64,000 bases of DNA from Camelus ferus (taxonomy: Eukaryota). Positions 37,900 through 49,989 of the stretch are shown piece by piece. The notes under the pieces were generated by a model, which worked only from the letters and a program-made list of their open reading frames with translations, searched no databases and had not been told where the DNA came from. Position 1 is the stretch's first letter. Each line of letters starts with the position of its first letter. The translations under genes were made by a program, and so were the position numbers. The DNA lies in assembly GCF_009834535.1 (NCBI RefSeq), contig NC_045697.1:55120001-55184000 (forward strand), given 5' to 3'.

Positions 37900-38466
37900 G
37901 CCCCCTGATTCTCTTATGGCCCCTGAGATAACCACTTCCTGGGGTTCATGCCTTGTATAATTTCTTCCTCCTGAGTGTGGGTAGAATGTGTTAATATTAT
38001 GCCACATTAGTCGCTTGATGAGGTTTTGTTTTATAAGCAATATAATAAGATAGTCCACACTTGTGATTGCATTACATTATGTAAGAATCCACTGTGGCAG
38101 AACAGAGTGAGAATCACCTGCTGGATTTAAATAAGTAAGCCAGCATGTTGTGAGATGACTACATTATTGGAACCCGAGGGTTGTCTATAGGAACTGAGAG
38201 CAATGCTGGCCAACAGCCAGCAGTAAAACAGAGACTTCAGCTCTGAAACCTCAAGGATGTGAAATCGGTCAACATGAAGCTCACTTGAGCTTCGGCTGAA
38301 ACTGCAGACTTGGCTGACAATTTAAGCCTTTAAATACCTTTAGCAGAGAACCCTGTTGAGCCCTGCCCAAACTTATTTCCTATAGAAGATTGTGAGGTAA
38401 TTAGTGTTGTTTTAACCTATTAAATTTGTCAGAATATGTTACTCAGCAATAGAAACCTAATAAACA
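37900..38466 (+). mobile_element. MaLR solo LTR (MLT1E/F-like)
   Basis: Reads ccttgtataatttcttcctcctgagtgtggg...aacagccagcagtaaaacagagacttcag...tgttgttttaacc..taaatttg...gcaatagaaacctaataaaca. Confidence 0.85.
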
Positions 38467-39466
38467 TACTGTAGAGAATTGATAGTATAATACTGAGCCT
38501 GCTGATCATTGAATGTTATAATCTACTTATTTGAGGTCTTATTTATCTCAAAACTGAATTTATAGTATTCTCAGTAAATGTATTTATCACATTAATTTCA
38601 TATTCTTTTTAAAATATTTTATTGACTAATATCTAGGAGCCATGTTATACTCATTTATTCTAATAATTTATCTGTACAGTCTTTTGGATTTTTCACTTAC
38701 TGAATTACATTATTTACAAATAATGACAAGTTATTTCATACATTTCAATCCTTGTAGTGTTTCTAAATTCCAATGTTTTAACCAAGACCTAGTCTCCAGT
38801 ACAATGTTGACTATAAAGGATGATTGTGATTAATCCTAATGTTCAATGTCAGAAGAAATTCTGTCAACATTATACAATTAGGTATGATATGTGCTAATAT
38901 TTTTCTTGTGGATATCTTTTTATATTAAGAAAGTTTTCTTAAATCGCTAATTTGCTGATTTTTATGCTATGGATTTTGAATTTTATTGAATACTTTTTTG
39001 CATCAATAAGATGATCATATAATTTCCTTTTATTGTTAGTGTAGTGAATTGCATTGATTACTTTTTAAATTGACACAGGGCCATGAGTTACTGAAATAAA
39101 GTCAATCAGATCATGGGGAAGTTCCTTTTATAGATTACTGGAATTAGTTTGTTAATCTTATTAAGTTTGTTGAATCTATGTACATAACTGAGATTAGCTT
39201 GCAATGTTTCCCTCCTTTGGAAAATCATTGTCAAGTTTGGGTATCAAGGTTATGATGATTTAATCAAAGAAAGTTGGGAATGTTCCCACTTTTTCTGTTT
39301 TCTGGAAGGGTCTGGGTAATATTGTGATTATTTCTGTTTTAAATGTTTAGAGTAATTCCGCAATAAATACATTTGACATTTCTGTTGAGAAAGATTCTAC
39401 TTACTTACTTAACTTCTTCAGTAGTGAATTGTTCAGGTTTTCTATTTCTTCCTGTGTCAAATTTGG

Positions 39467-39823
39467 CAGGGATGTCAGTGCCTCTGCTTATCCTCAGTAC
39501 TAGGCAAATGACATTTGCCTTGTACTTGCTCTGAGTCTTACCATGCATCATGGCCCCTGGAATTCTGTACTCTTGGGGCATTGAAAACACCATATGTGAA
39601 TGGGGTAGCAAGGAATGGCAGATACTCATATTGTGTGTACCTCCTCCACTCAAGTCCATGCTCCATTGTTCCATCAGATTTCATTTACGAAATACAAGTT
39701 CATAGATAAAATTATTAAGAGTCTCAAGACACTGACAGCAGAGCACTAAGCCAGGTATAGGGCCCTTGTGATTGTGGGTACTCTGCCACTGCACAGGTTG
39801 CATGACCATAAAGGTCAGTCCTG
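39467..39823 (-). mobile_element. MER45-like hAT-Tip100 element
   Basis: Ends caggg... and ...gtcagtcctg. Internal aaaattattaagagtctcaagacactgacagcagagcactaagccagg and actgcacaggttgcatg. Confidence 0.8.
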
Positions 39824-40245
39824 TTTTTATTCATAAAACAACAAAATATGGAGACTACTCAAATGTCTATCTATTGATTAATGTATGAGCAATCCACAGT
39901 ACCTCTTGTATAATGAAATGATACTCAGCAATAAAAATAAATGCACTATTGATAAATGCAGTAGAATGAGTAAAGCTAAAATTCATGCTGTAGAAGAAGC
40001 CAGATAATAATATCCTGCGTATTGTAGGGTTCCTTTTATATGTCATTCTGGGAAAGGAAATGTTGTGGGGACAGAAAACAAATGAATGATTGCTAAGGCC
40101 TGGGGCAAAAGGGGTAACTGACCACAAAGGGGCATAGGGGACTTTTTTGGTGAAAGAAATGAGGTGGTAGTTATATAGATATACACTTGTCAGAATTTAC
40201 TTTTGGAAAAGGGTGACTGTTACTGTATATAAATTATGCTTCAAC
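39824..40245 (+). mobile_element. L1M (MC/ME-type) 3' end fragment
   Basis: Reads caaatgtctatc...atactcagcaataaaaataaatgcactattgata...gaagccagat...tactgtatataaattatgcttcaa. Confidence 0.8.
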
Positions 40246-40543
40246 TCAACTCATAAGAAACTACTTTTGACTTTCATGATCAGGCTATGTTTATTTTGTT
40301 TTTCTTTAATTTCTACTAGTTTTTAATTATTAATTCTTACATTCTAAAAATTTAGAGTATTTGGTTTGTCCTAATTTTTTTTCATCTTACTTAGATAGAT
40401 ACTTAACACACTGATTATTAGCCTTTCATCTCTTCTAATATATACATTGAAGTTATAATTTACCCTCTTACTATGGCTTTAGCTGCATCTTGTAAGATTT
40501 CACATGCCCTATTTTCATTGTCATTAGGTTCTCAATATTTTCT

Positions 40544-40608
40544 TTTTTCCTTTAAATGAAATATAGTCACTTATAATGTGTCAATTTCTGATATACAGCA
40601 TAACAAGT
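40544..40608 (-). mobile_element. 65-bp extreme 3' tip of a young L1 with a 15-bp TSD
   Basis: T-rich tail followed by tgaaatatagtcacttataatgtgtcaatttctgatatacagcataa. TSD ttctcaatattttct (40529-40543) and ttctaaatattttct (40609-40623). Confidence 0.85.
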
Positions 40609-40909
40609 TTCTAAATATTTTCTAATCAACATTGTGGTTTTTCCTGTAGCAGATTATTTAAAAATATATTTGTTGATTTCTAAACATAAGGTGATCATTG
40701 TTTAATGGATTTTTACCTTAATTCCTCTGTGATTAGAGAGCACTCTGTATGTTCTTAGTACCTTGAAATTTGTTGAGAATTCCTTTATGCCCAGCATGTC
40801 ATTAATTTTGTAAATGTATGAACTTTTGAAGAATATATAATTTTTATCTTTTAGGTACATGATTCAAACTATATTCAGTTTGGCCAGCCTTACTGATTGT
40901 TTGTTAGAT

Positions 40910-42880
40910 TGTTTTACTGCAAAGATTCTAAAACATTTTGGGCCTCTTTAAACTCCTAAAAATTATTGAAAACATAAAAAAAAATTGTATATATGAGTTA
41001 TATCTATAGATATCTGCCTTACTAAAAATGAAAACTCAAAAATATGTACCACATAATTTAAAATAACAGTACTATACTATTACATGTTAATGTAAATAAC
41101 ATCTTTTAGGAAAAATAACTATATTTTCCAAAAGATAACAGAGAGAATATAGCATTGTTTTACATTTTTTCCAAATCTCTATTGTTTTGGATGAAGTAGA
41201 GGGAAAAAAATCCAAACTCATGTGGACATGTAGTTTAACAAAAAAAGAGATACTTTAATAGCATTTTCAGATAATAATGAATAATCATTTTTTGTACCAT
41301 ACCACAAACTGAATTAGTTACAGTGTAGAATTTGGAACTATATCAGTTAGTTACATTAAAATCCCCGGTCTGGTTTGCACTTTGAATAGATCTTTACCTA
41401 TGCATGATTTTATAACATAATGCATTGGTCTTCTGAAGATATTGGTTATATGCAGATCTTCTAAATATTGACACATTCCATTATACAATATCCAAAAATC
41501 ACATTTGTTAGTATCACCACAATCTTATCATAAGAATCTTTACGTATTGGGAAGCTTTCATGCTCATGGTGGCATATATAAGTTTCTCGTTGACAAAAAA
41601 TATTTATAGTTGTTTTCCTTGAAATGATAAACTCATTTGTTTTTGAAAAAAATGTTATATACTCAAATCTAAATAACAATACCTTGTCAATACTTTTTTC
41701 AAGAAAATGATTCTCCATGGTTAGTTTAAGTCATAATTTAAATGATTGTACAAGTATTTTTCTTTTGGACAGCCATCATACTTTTGTATGACACAGAAAT
41801 TCATTATGCATAATTCATACTTTGTAACAGCATATTTTAAAATGTGTGTGCAATAGATAAGATTTAATAAAATTAATAGTAATTATTGTTCATCAAGGAT
41901 GTTTTTAAGTAAAAATGACTATTTTTTTCTTTAAGTGCATGGCAGTAAAAAATACATGACTTTTAGTATGGCTTGTTGCCACTGAAGGGTTTTAGGGATC
42001 CCATGGGTCATCAAATCATGCGCTGGGAATAACTGAATTAGTACCTGAGTTGTCACTAATCAAATTCTTTATAACAATATCATATTAGAGGTCATTGAAA
42101 CACATTTTCGGTTTGCCTGTGTATTTGCTTATTTTTAGCTGTGAGTGAATGGTAGTAAAAAAATACAATGACTCTTAGTACAGTTTGGTGCTACTACTTT
42201 GACTTGTGCTGATGTGCTGTGGACAAAAAACATCACTTACCATTTCAGTAAACCAGGGATGTTATGGCATAAAGTTATCAGCCATTGCAGCTGTCTTGAT
42301 GGTGCAATATGAGGGGAATTCAAGATAGAGAAAAACAGGATGCTGGCAGTGGGTAGTTAAGATGCATGAATAATTTCAATGAGCACAGACTCTTGCATCT
42401 TTCCATATATAGATAAGCACTAAAATCATCAACTTGAGATATCTGTTTTTTGTGACTAGTAGTAATCTTTTGATGTTCAACTACATGTTTTTCTTTTTTG
42501 ATTTTTGGTTTCTTTGTTTGTTTTTTGTTTATTTGTTTCACAAAAACTCCTCTACATACTGGGTCCTCCCTTACCTCTTCAGAACAGTCTCTCAGAGCTA
42601 TCTTAAGAGGCTGCTATCCTGGGCTATATTTGTCAGTAAGGCTGCCAAATAAAATGTAATTCTCAACTTCTAGGTTATACGTATTTTTTAGTCAATAGCA
42701 CCAGTTGTTTACCCAACATTGCTTTTATTTCACCAGTACATATGTCAACACAGTAAGTTTGTACGTGAAAAGGCAAATAACATCTTAGAATTATTGTAGA
42801 AATGGTTTTGAGCACAAGGACTTTTGAAATATTATCTCCATGAGTCCATACACAGACCATACTTTAAGAACCATGCAAAG
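40910..42880 (-). mobile_element. Charlie1/Charlie1a hAT DNA transposon sequences, apparently two adjacent elements, with a nested LTR
   Basis: Left end ttctaaaacattttgg...ctcctaaaaattattga; internal transposase-derived sequence; terminus-like ends at ~42035 and ~42875 (agaccatactttaagaacca). Confidence 0.8.
42218..42697 (+). mobile_element. ERV1-class solo LTR (MER41-like) nested in Charlie1
   Basis: Runs tgtggac...aataaaa...ttttttagtcaata; homologous to 15317-15779; Charlie sequence resumes collinearly afterwards. Confidence 0.85.
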
Positions 42881-43437
42881 TGTTATTTCATTAAAAAAAA
42901 ATTATTTGTTACAGGAATAGATGTTTTTAAATTGCCTAGCATGATTATAGATTTGGTTATTTCTTCTATTCTGTCATTTTTTTTTTTTGCTTCATAACTT
43001 TGAGACAATTATGTTGGTTCAATGACAGTTTATACGTGTTACACATTTCTGATAAATTAAACTTACATTATTATGAAATGTACCTACTTACTTCTAATAA
43101 TACTTTTTTGTCATAACAATGACTTGCCTGATATTAATATAGCCACACCAACCTTGTTAGTGTTTGCATAGTATATTCTTTTATTCTTTTTCTTTTCATT
43201 ATAACTCTGTTCTTACATGTTAGATGTATCTCTCATAAGCAGCATATAAATTTTCTTTTAAATCCAGTTGTATTTTTTTCTTTCAATGTGTGTATTTAGT
43301 GCATATGGATTTAAATCTAATATAATCAGTTTGCCTTTTATTTGTCTTACCATTCCTATGTTCTTATTTTGTGTCCTTTTATTTTTTACTTATAATTTTC
43401 ATTATTTAGTGTATGCATTCTTATGAATTCTTTTAGT

Positions 43438-44165
43438 GGTATATAATAAGGAAATTGGCTGGTTTTTATCCCCAATTCCTGATAGGTAAAATCTAAACCC
43501 TTGGAATTTCTCATGTGATGGGAGTGTCTTTGTTATTCATGATGGGTCCCTGGGACCCCAGCTGATAGTTTATGCAAATGAGGTGATTCATGGTGAGCCC
43601 CTAGATAGCTTATGCAAAGAGGATGACTCAGAATGAGAGCTGGCCAAGGCAGAAAGACTAATCATGGATTATAGGGTTAGACCACGTCGTATCAGTCCAA
43701 TCTTCAGGTAGGATAGAAGGCTGGATGTTGAGTCATATGGCAATAATGCTTAGGTAATAAAACCCCAATAAATACTCTGGACACCAAAGCTTGGGTGAGC
43801 TTCCCTGGTTGACAGAATTCTTTGAGTATTGTCATATTTCAGTGCTCGGAGGGTAACATGTGCCTGGGGACATTTGAACCCCTCACAGACTTCTCTTTAT
43901 GTTTCTCTTCTTTGGCTAGTTCTAATTTGTTTCCTTTTGCTATTGTAAAATTGTAATTGTAAGTATGGTGCTTTCCTTGAGTTCTGTGAGTTTTTCTAGT
44001 GGATTATTGAACTTGAGGGTTATTTTAGAAGCTCCAAATGTATAGCCAGCTAGTCAGAAGTGACTATGGCCCTGGGGAACCTTGAGCTTGTGGCTGGTGT
44101 TTGAAGTAAAGGTAGTCTTTTGGAGGATTATGTTCTTAATCTTGAGTTTGGCTAACTTCAGGTAA
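43438..44165 (+). mobile_element. MER21-like solo LTR nested in L1
   Basis: Contains taaacccttggaatttc, gtgtctttgttattcat, tttatgcaaatgaggtga, ccaataaatactctggacacc, gggtgagcttccctggttg and tgagttctgtgagt. Confidence 0.82.
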
Positions 44166-44449
44166 ATGGTTACCTAGGGATGTCTTGACTTGTAAATTAC
44201 ATTGTTATGTTATATTAAAATAATAATAATTCATAATATAGGAGTTATGATTAGAACACCTAACTCCCTATAATCCCTCTTCCCAATTTGTTTGCTGTTG
44301 TTTTTCTGTATTTTAGTTCCATATGTATGTTTTAAAACTTGACATAAATTATTATTATTGTTTATTTAGATGTATCCATGAGTTTACTCTTTTGTTGTTC
44401 TCATTTTCTGCACTTGAAGCTTTGGACTTTGTATTAACATATTTAAGTT

Positions 44450-46865
44450 AACCATTAAAAATTTAAAACAGATTTCATAGTGTTAAATAAGGTAGATAAA
44501 TATAAATGGAAGAAGAAAAATAATCTATCCACATGAAAGGAAAAAGAAGTAAAATTATATAGGAGAGATGGAAGAAATTGAGTCATAAAATAAGATAGTG
44601 GAAAATATTCCAGGAATATTGGTTATTATATTAAGTGTAAAGTGAGTAAATTCTTTATTAAAAAAGACAAACTGTCAGAGTATGCTAAAAGTACAATGTA
44701 TATTTAAACCTCAAGACTATAGAAATACTGAAAGAAGAAGGATAGTAAAAGACATACAAAGCAAATACTAAATAAAGAAAAGCTGGTGGAAATATGTATC
44801 AGACAAAGAAGTTTCAAAGCAAAGCACATTAAGCATTAAAAATCATCAAGAGGTCTCCAGATAATGACAAAATATTTAATTCACTAGAAAAAATAATAAG
44901 CTTACCTAACTAATCATATCATTTCAAAAATATTTAAAGTAAACATTGATAAAACTGTGAAGATGAGTTTGCAAAACCAGACTTATTTTTGATGATTTTT
45001 ATTTACACTTCTATTAATAACCAATAGATGGAGCAAATAAAAATTTTTAAGGATATGGAAAATTTATTCAATACAAATGAATAAATTTGATTTAATAGAT
45101 GTATATGTAACACAGAACCACTAACTTCAGAATACATATTCTTTTCAAGGACATACAGCATATTTATGAAGGCTGATTGCAATCTGGAAAATAAAGCAAA
45201 TCTCAGAAAAATTTCACAGGATTTATTATGAAGAACAGTCTTCTACCATACTGTGTTTCAATTAGAGATCTATAACAGAGAGATATTGGAAAAATGTCAA
45301 AAGTCAGGAAATAGATAGCTAATGGGTCAAAGAAAAAAACCCTGAAGTGAAAGTTAAACAAAATAATTTGAATTGTAAAATAACAACAAAATATATAGTA
45401 TCAAAACTTGATTAATTCATCTGAACAGCATGTTAGAGGAAGTTTAAAGGATTGAATCTTAATCTAAGGTGAAACAAATGTAAGTTGAAATGGAACAAAT
45501 GTAATGAGTTGAAAATAGATAGGAATCAATTAAGAAAGTAAGAAAATAATGAAGGTGTAAACTGAAAAATTGGGGAAAGAAAGTAAAAAATAAAGCAGAA
45601 ATATAATAGAATCATAGAGGATACCAGTAAAAGCATTAGTTTTTAAAAGATACGATACTCTGGAAAGTATGATCAGAGGAAAAACAGAAGATACAAAGAC
45701 ATTTGGAATAAAAATGTAAAAGTTACCAGAGATATAATAGTTTATCAAAATATTTAAGATATTCAAAGATTAAATATAATAATTTTAAAGCAAAGTATTT
45801 TAGAAATAAGACCTATAATATTTATATAACAATAAATCATAATCTTATAAAAATTAAATATCATACCTGAGTTGTATATAATCCCTGTAACATAGTAACC
45901 ATTAATTAAAACATTTAAACCTAAAATCTCTCTAGGCCTACATTGTTTCATTAGAAACATCTGCCAGATGTTCAAGAGCAAATAATTATTATCTTAAATG
46001 CTTCTTTCAGAGAAAATAAGAAAAGCGAATATTCCCAGGTCATGTTTGTAATATTAACATAACCTTGATAATAAAACCTAACAAAAACATTGTAAGCAAA
46101 TAAAATGTAAGCTAATCTCAGACATGAACATGAAGCATTTAAAACAGCATTGTTAGCATACAAAATCTAGAAATGTATAAAATGAATAAAGTATCTCTAT
46201 AGGAGACATTTTATATAGAAACAATTCGGGATTATATAGTAATTTTGAATCCGATTATCCTATGACCCAACAATTCCATTCCTAAATATGCATGTTAAAA
46301 CTCATTGTACACAGGTGCCATGAAATGTGCAAAAGATGTAAGGTAGAGCAACATTGTTTGTGATAGCGAAAAAAAAAAAAAAAGAAAAAAGTGAATCACC
46401 CAAATTCACAAAAAAAATCCAACAATATTTGAAAAGATACCTTACATGGGCTATAATCTTATAATCAAATAAAATAGCTGATACAAAGAACAATTTCATT
46501 GATTTTATAAATAAACAAAGATTGCTCTCTGAAACTAATGTTGAGTCAAAAAGCAGTTATGGAAGGAGAGATAAAGTACAATTTCATTATATAAAGTTTG
46601 AAAACATGCAGAACTCAACAGTATAATTTTCGAGATACAAACCTCTGGTGAATGTAAGAAAGAAAAATAAGAAAGTAGTAAATAAAAAATTCAGAAGAGT
46701 AGTTACAGCTCAGTAGAGAAGTTTACCCAGAGACTTAAAAGTCAAGATAATATTCCTTTTTAAACTGAGAGGTTGATTTTCGTGTATTATTATTTTATAC
46801 CTTAAATATACTCTACAAATATTTGTATAGACTCAATATTTAATAAGAATAAAATGAAAAAAAAA
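44450..46865 (+). mobile_element. Ancient L1 (L1ME-like), sense: endonuclease region, internally deleted ORF2 and 3' end
   Basis: Contains gcaaatactaaataaagaaagctggtg, cagaatacatattcttttcaag, tatcaaaacttg, tatgacccaacaattccattcctaaatat and an A-rich end at ~46850. Confidence 0.8.
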
Positions 46866-47359
46866 GGTGCTAGAAATCCCTAGGCTAATTGTTCATGCTT
46901 TATTAACAGTGTCATAACAATATGTTATTTATGCAGAACATAGTCAAAGATTTATCTTCTCAGTAATGTGTTAAATTAGAACTGTGACATTGGAGACATA
47001 GACTAATGCATTGCCATTTCTCCTCTCATTTAGAATTGGGACTGTATCAGAAGATAAATTAGTTCTGTGGTCTCTTAGACTTGTGCTAGTTAAAGTGAGT
47101 TTCTTTTACCAACACACTGTCAGCCACCATCCTGAGTTTAGATTCATGATTATGCCATTTCCTCTGGTTTCTGTAATAATAGCCCAGAGAAAGACAACAA
47201 GAATCTTAATGCTTAGCTTTAGCTATATCTAATAGAAGAAAATTTACTGCTTTACTTTCTTAGTAACTGGGATTGACTGGCAGTTAGTCACTTTGTTCCT
47301 ATCAGTGTGACTACAAAGATTAAAATGAAACTAAATATTCTAAAGAATCATTTTCTTAC

Positions 47360-49330
47360 CTTTTCTTTTTACCTTTAAAAAATCATTGAAACATGTTTAC
47401 TGCCAGAACTTTAGAAAACACATAATGTAATACAAGGAACCTGAAGAAAAAGCCTAGAATAGCAATAGCAACATTATTTGTGCACTTCCTTTTGTTTCCT
47501 CCATGTAAGAGTACTGTCATCTTGAAAATATTTTTGCCCTGTTTTTTTCCACTTAGAATTTTCTTGTATCGTTATTCTAATACATGATTTTAAATCACTA
47601 CATGTTTCCTATATGAATGATTGATAATTGACTTAATCTCTAACCTATAAATGGACATGGTAATTGAGTCCAATGTTTTGCTATTATTTAAATGCTGCAA
47701 ATGAATCTTTCTTTGAAAACGATCTTTAACAGTATATTGATTATTTTCTTGAATATCAGAACAGAATATTAATTTAGGAGTGACCTTAAGTCTTACATCA
47801 ACTGTACTCATGAAAGAAAATTCTGGCTCTATTCCCCTGATTTATTTCTCTGTGTCTCTTGACCTGCTTCACTCTCCCTCAGCTTTCCGGTTTGCCACGT
47901 TCATTCTGTCTTTTTTTTTTTTTTTTTTCCTTTTTTGGTGCAGAATTGAGGACCCACGGAGAAAATATAGAGGGACATGAGGCAGTTGGGCTAGTCTAGT
48001 GGAAGTTTTGTTTTTGTTTTTGTTTTTTTTACAGCATGTTGAAAGAGGACAGCTTCACAGATTATGGAAGTAGGTAGAAAATAAGGGAATTTTTAAGAAC
48101 TGTTAATTTGGTCTAAGATAAATAATTCCATAAGAGTGTTATAAAAACAGAAGAATTTTTTAAAAATTATATCTTGGTTACAGACTTGGTGCTTTTTTTG
48201 ACTGTGACATTATTTTAAGCTAGAATATGAGCGTCATGGTTTCATTAACTTTACACATCTGCAAGAAGAGATCACTGTCTTAATTCCTGTCAGAATTGCT
48301 TTCTGCAAAGGTTAGGTTAATGTATCTTTTTCACCAGCCTGATTTAAGAATGCCTGTAGTACTGATTTCATATAATAGTGGAATATTATCATTGTACAAA
48401 AAAGTTTGTAAAACTTGATAGGTGGAAAAATGATATATGGTTATTTAATTTTGTGTATCTTCATTAGTGATATTGGGTATTTGCCATAGTTTTATTCTTA
48501 TCTTACATTTCATTTGAAAGTGCTTTGATCATGATTATTGTTGATTCACTGGATGTGGAGAAAATATTTCTTTAATTAAATTTTATACTCAGTGTTTATT
48601 AAAGATATTAATCTATTAATTTTCATATTTGTTACAGTTATCTCCCTCATTTTTGTCATTTGATTTTAATTGTATTAGTTTTAAATACAGGTGTTGGCCC
48701 ACAGCCCGAGATGAGTGCTGAGAATATAGTCATATTAACTGTTAAGGGAAGCAGATGCATTAAAATTGTATGTAGTCAAATCAATTGACTTTTTCCTCTA
48801 TGATTTAATCCATTGTTATATCAAGAAGTCCTTGCCCTTTTCTGAGTGTTCAACAAGTACTCACCTACAAGTTTTAATGTTTATATTTATTGCATTTGTT
48901 TTGTCCACTTGGAATTTATCTTGGGATAAGTTTGAAGAAAAAATTAATTTTTTTCCTGATGATTATCCAATTGTTCCAATACAGTATGTTAAAAATCAAT
49001 TTTTTTACTCTTATTAGTAATGCTACTTTTATAATATAAAATTAATAATATATTAGACCAGCTAGTCTATGATATTAATCCAATATCTAGCTTGAGTTTT
49101 ATGATAATTCCAAATTTATCTTGTGTTTTAATATACCAGAAAACATCCCAGTAATCTTTTTCAAAAATGTCTATACTCTTTTTACTTTTTTCTCTTCCTG
49201 TAACATTCAGAGTCATTTTGCCAAGTTATTAAAAAAATCCCCATTGGAAAGTTGACTAGAATTAGATTAAACCTCTACATAATTTGGAAGGTATGCTCCT
49301 TCCATTTATCAAGTATTTTAAATACTTCAA
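47360..49330 (-). mobile_element. Highly degraded L1ME-type fragments, discontinuous
   Basis: Contains aatgttttgctattatttaaatgctgcaaatgaatctt, caagaagtccttgccc, tatccaattgttccaatac and aaaaaaatccccattggaa. Confidence 0.55.
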
Positions 49331-49949
49331 TAAAAGATTGGAATTTACTTTGTTCATTCATTCATCCACTCAGTATATCTTTTGATATCTTTTTGCTACC
49401 TGGCACTGTAGTGGTCTCCTTGGATTGAATGATGTCCTGACAAATCTCTGTGTTCTCAGACTCTTAGAACAGATGCCTTATATCCATGTGGTGATAGAAA
49501 CCAGATAGAATAAATATTCTTTGCTGATAGTAACAGAAAATAAATCATTCCATACACCAAAGACATAAAACTAGGTGGCAACGAAGATCAAATAGACATG
49601 TTTAAAGCTTCAGCTGGACAAATTCATAGAAATAATTTTTGATTAACTCATAGCTAATTGTTGTTTATTGACAATATAGATTCTAATTTTGGAAAGTTTT
49701 GGTTAAAAAATACATCGAAATCTAAGGAAAGGAAACCTTTATTCTTGATGGTGTGTCTTGTACATGATAGGCTTTCTTTGTATATTTCTGGTTTGAACTG
49801 ATTGTAAACAAATATGAAAATAATATAGACTACTTTTTTCATGCATATGAAATCATTTCTCTGTTAGTGTGTTATCTATTCTGTTTCATACAACTGCTTC
49901 ATTCTATATAAACTATTTTTAGTTCTGGAAATAACCTAAATCAATTTAA

Positions 49950-49989
49950 AAAAAAGGAAAAAGGAAAGAAAAGAAAAGAAAAGAAAAGA
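49950..49989. repeat. A-rich (GAAAA)n homopurine tract
   Basis: Read directly from the sequence. Confidence 0.9.

Larger units (their letters stand above)
37720..44450 (-). mobile_element. Long ancient L1 (L1ME-like) ORF2, antisense, fragmented by many later insertions
   Basis: Collinear antisense ORF2 pieces at ~37720-37890, 38467-39466, 40260-40905, 42885-43437 and 44166-44450 (e.g. tccagtacaatgttgact, ggtatcaaggttatg, tgatattaatatagccacacca). Confidence 0.75.

Noticed and set aside
35590..38466. MLT1 LTR as the 5' LTR of the ERV-L fragment
   Set aside because: It is on the opposite strand, separated by L1 sequence, and nested in that L1.
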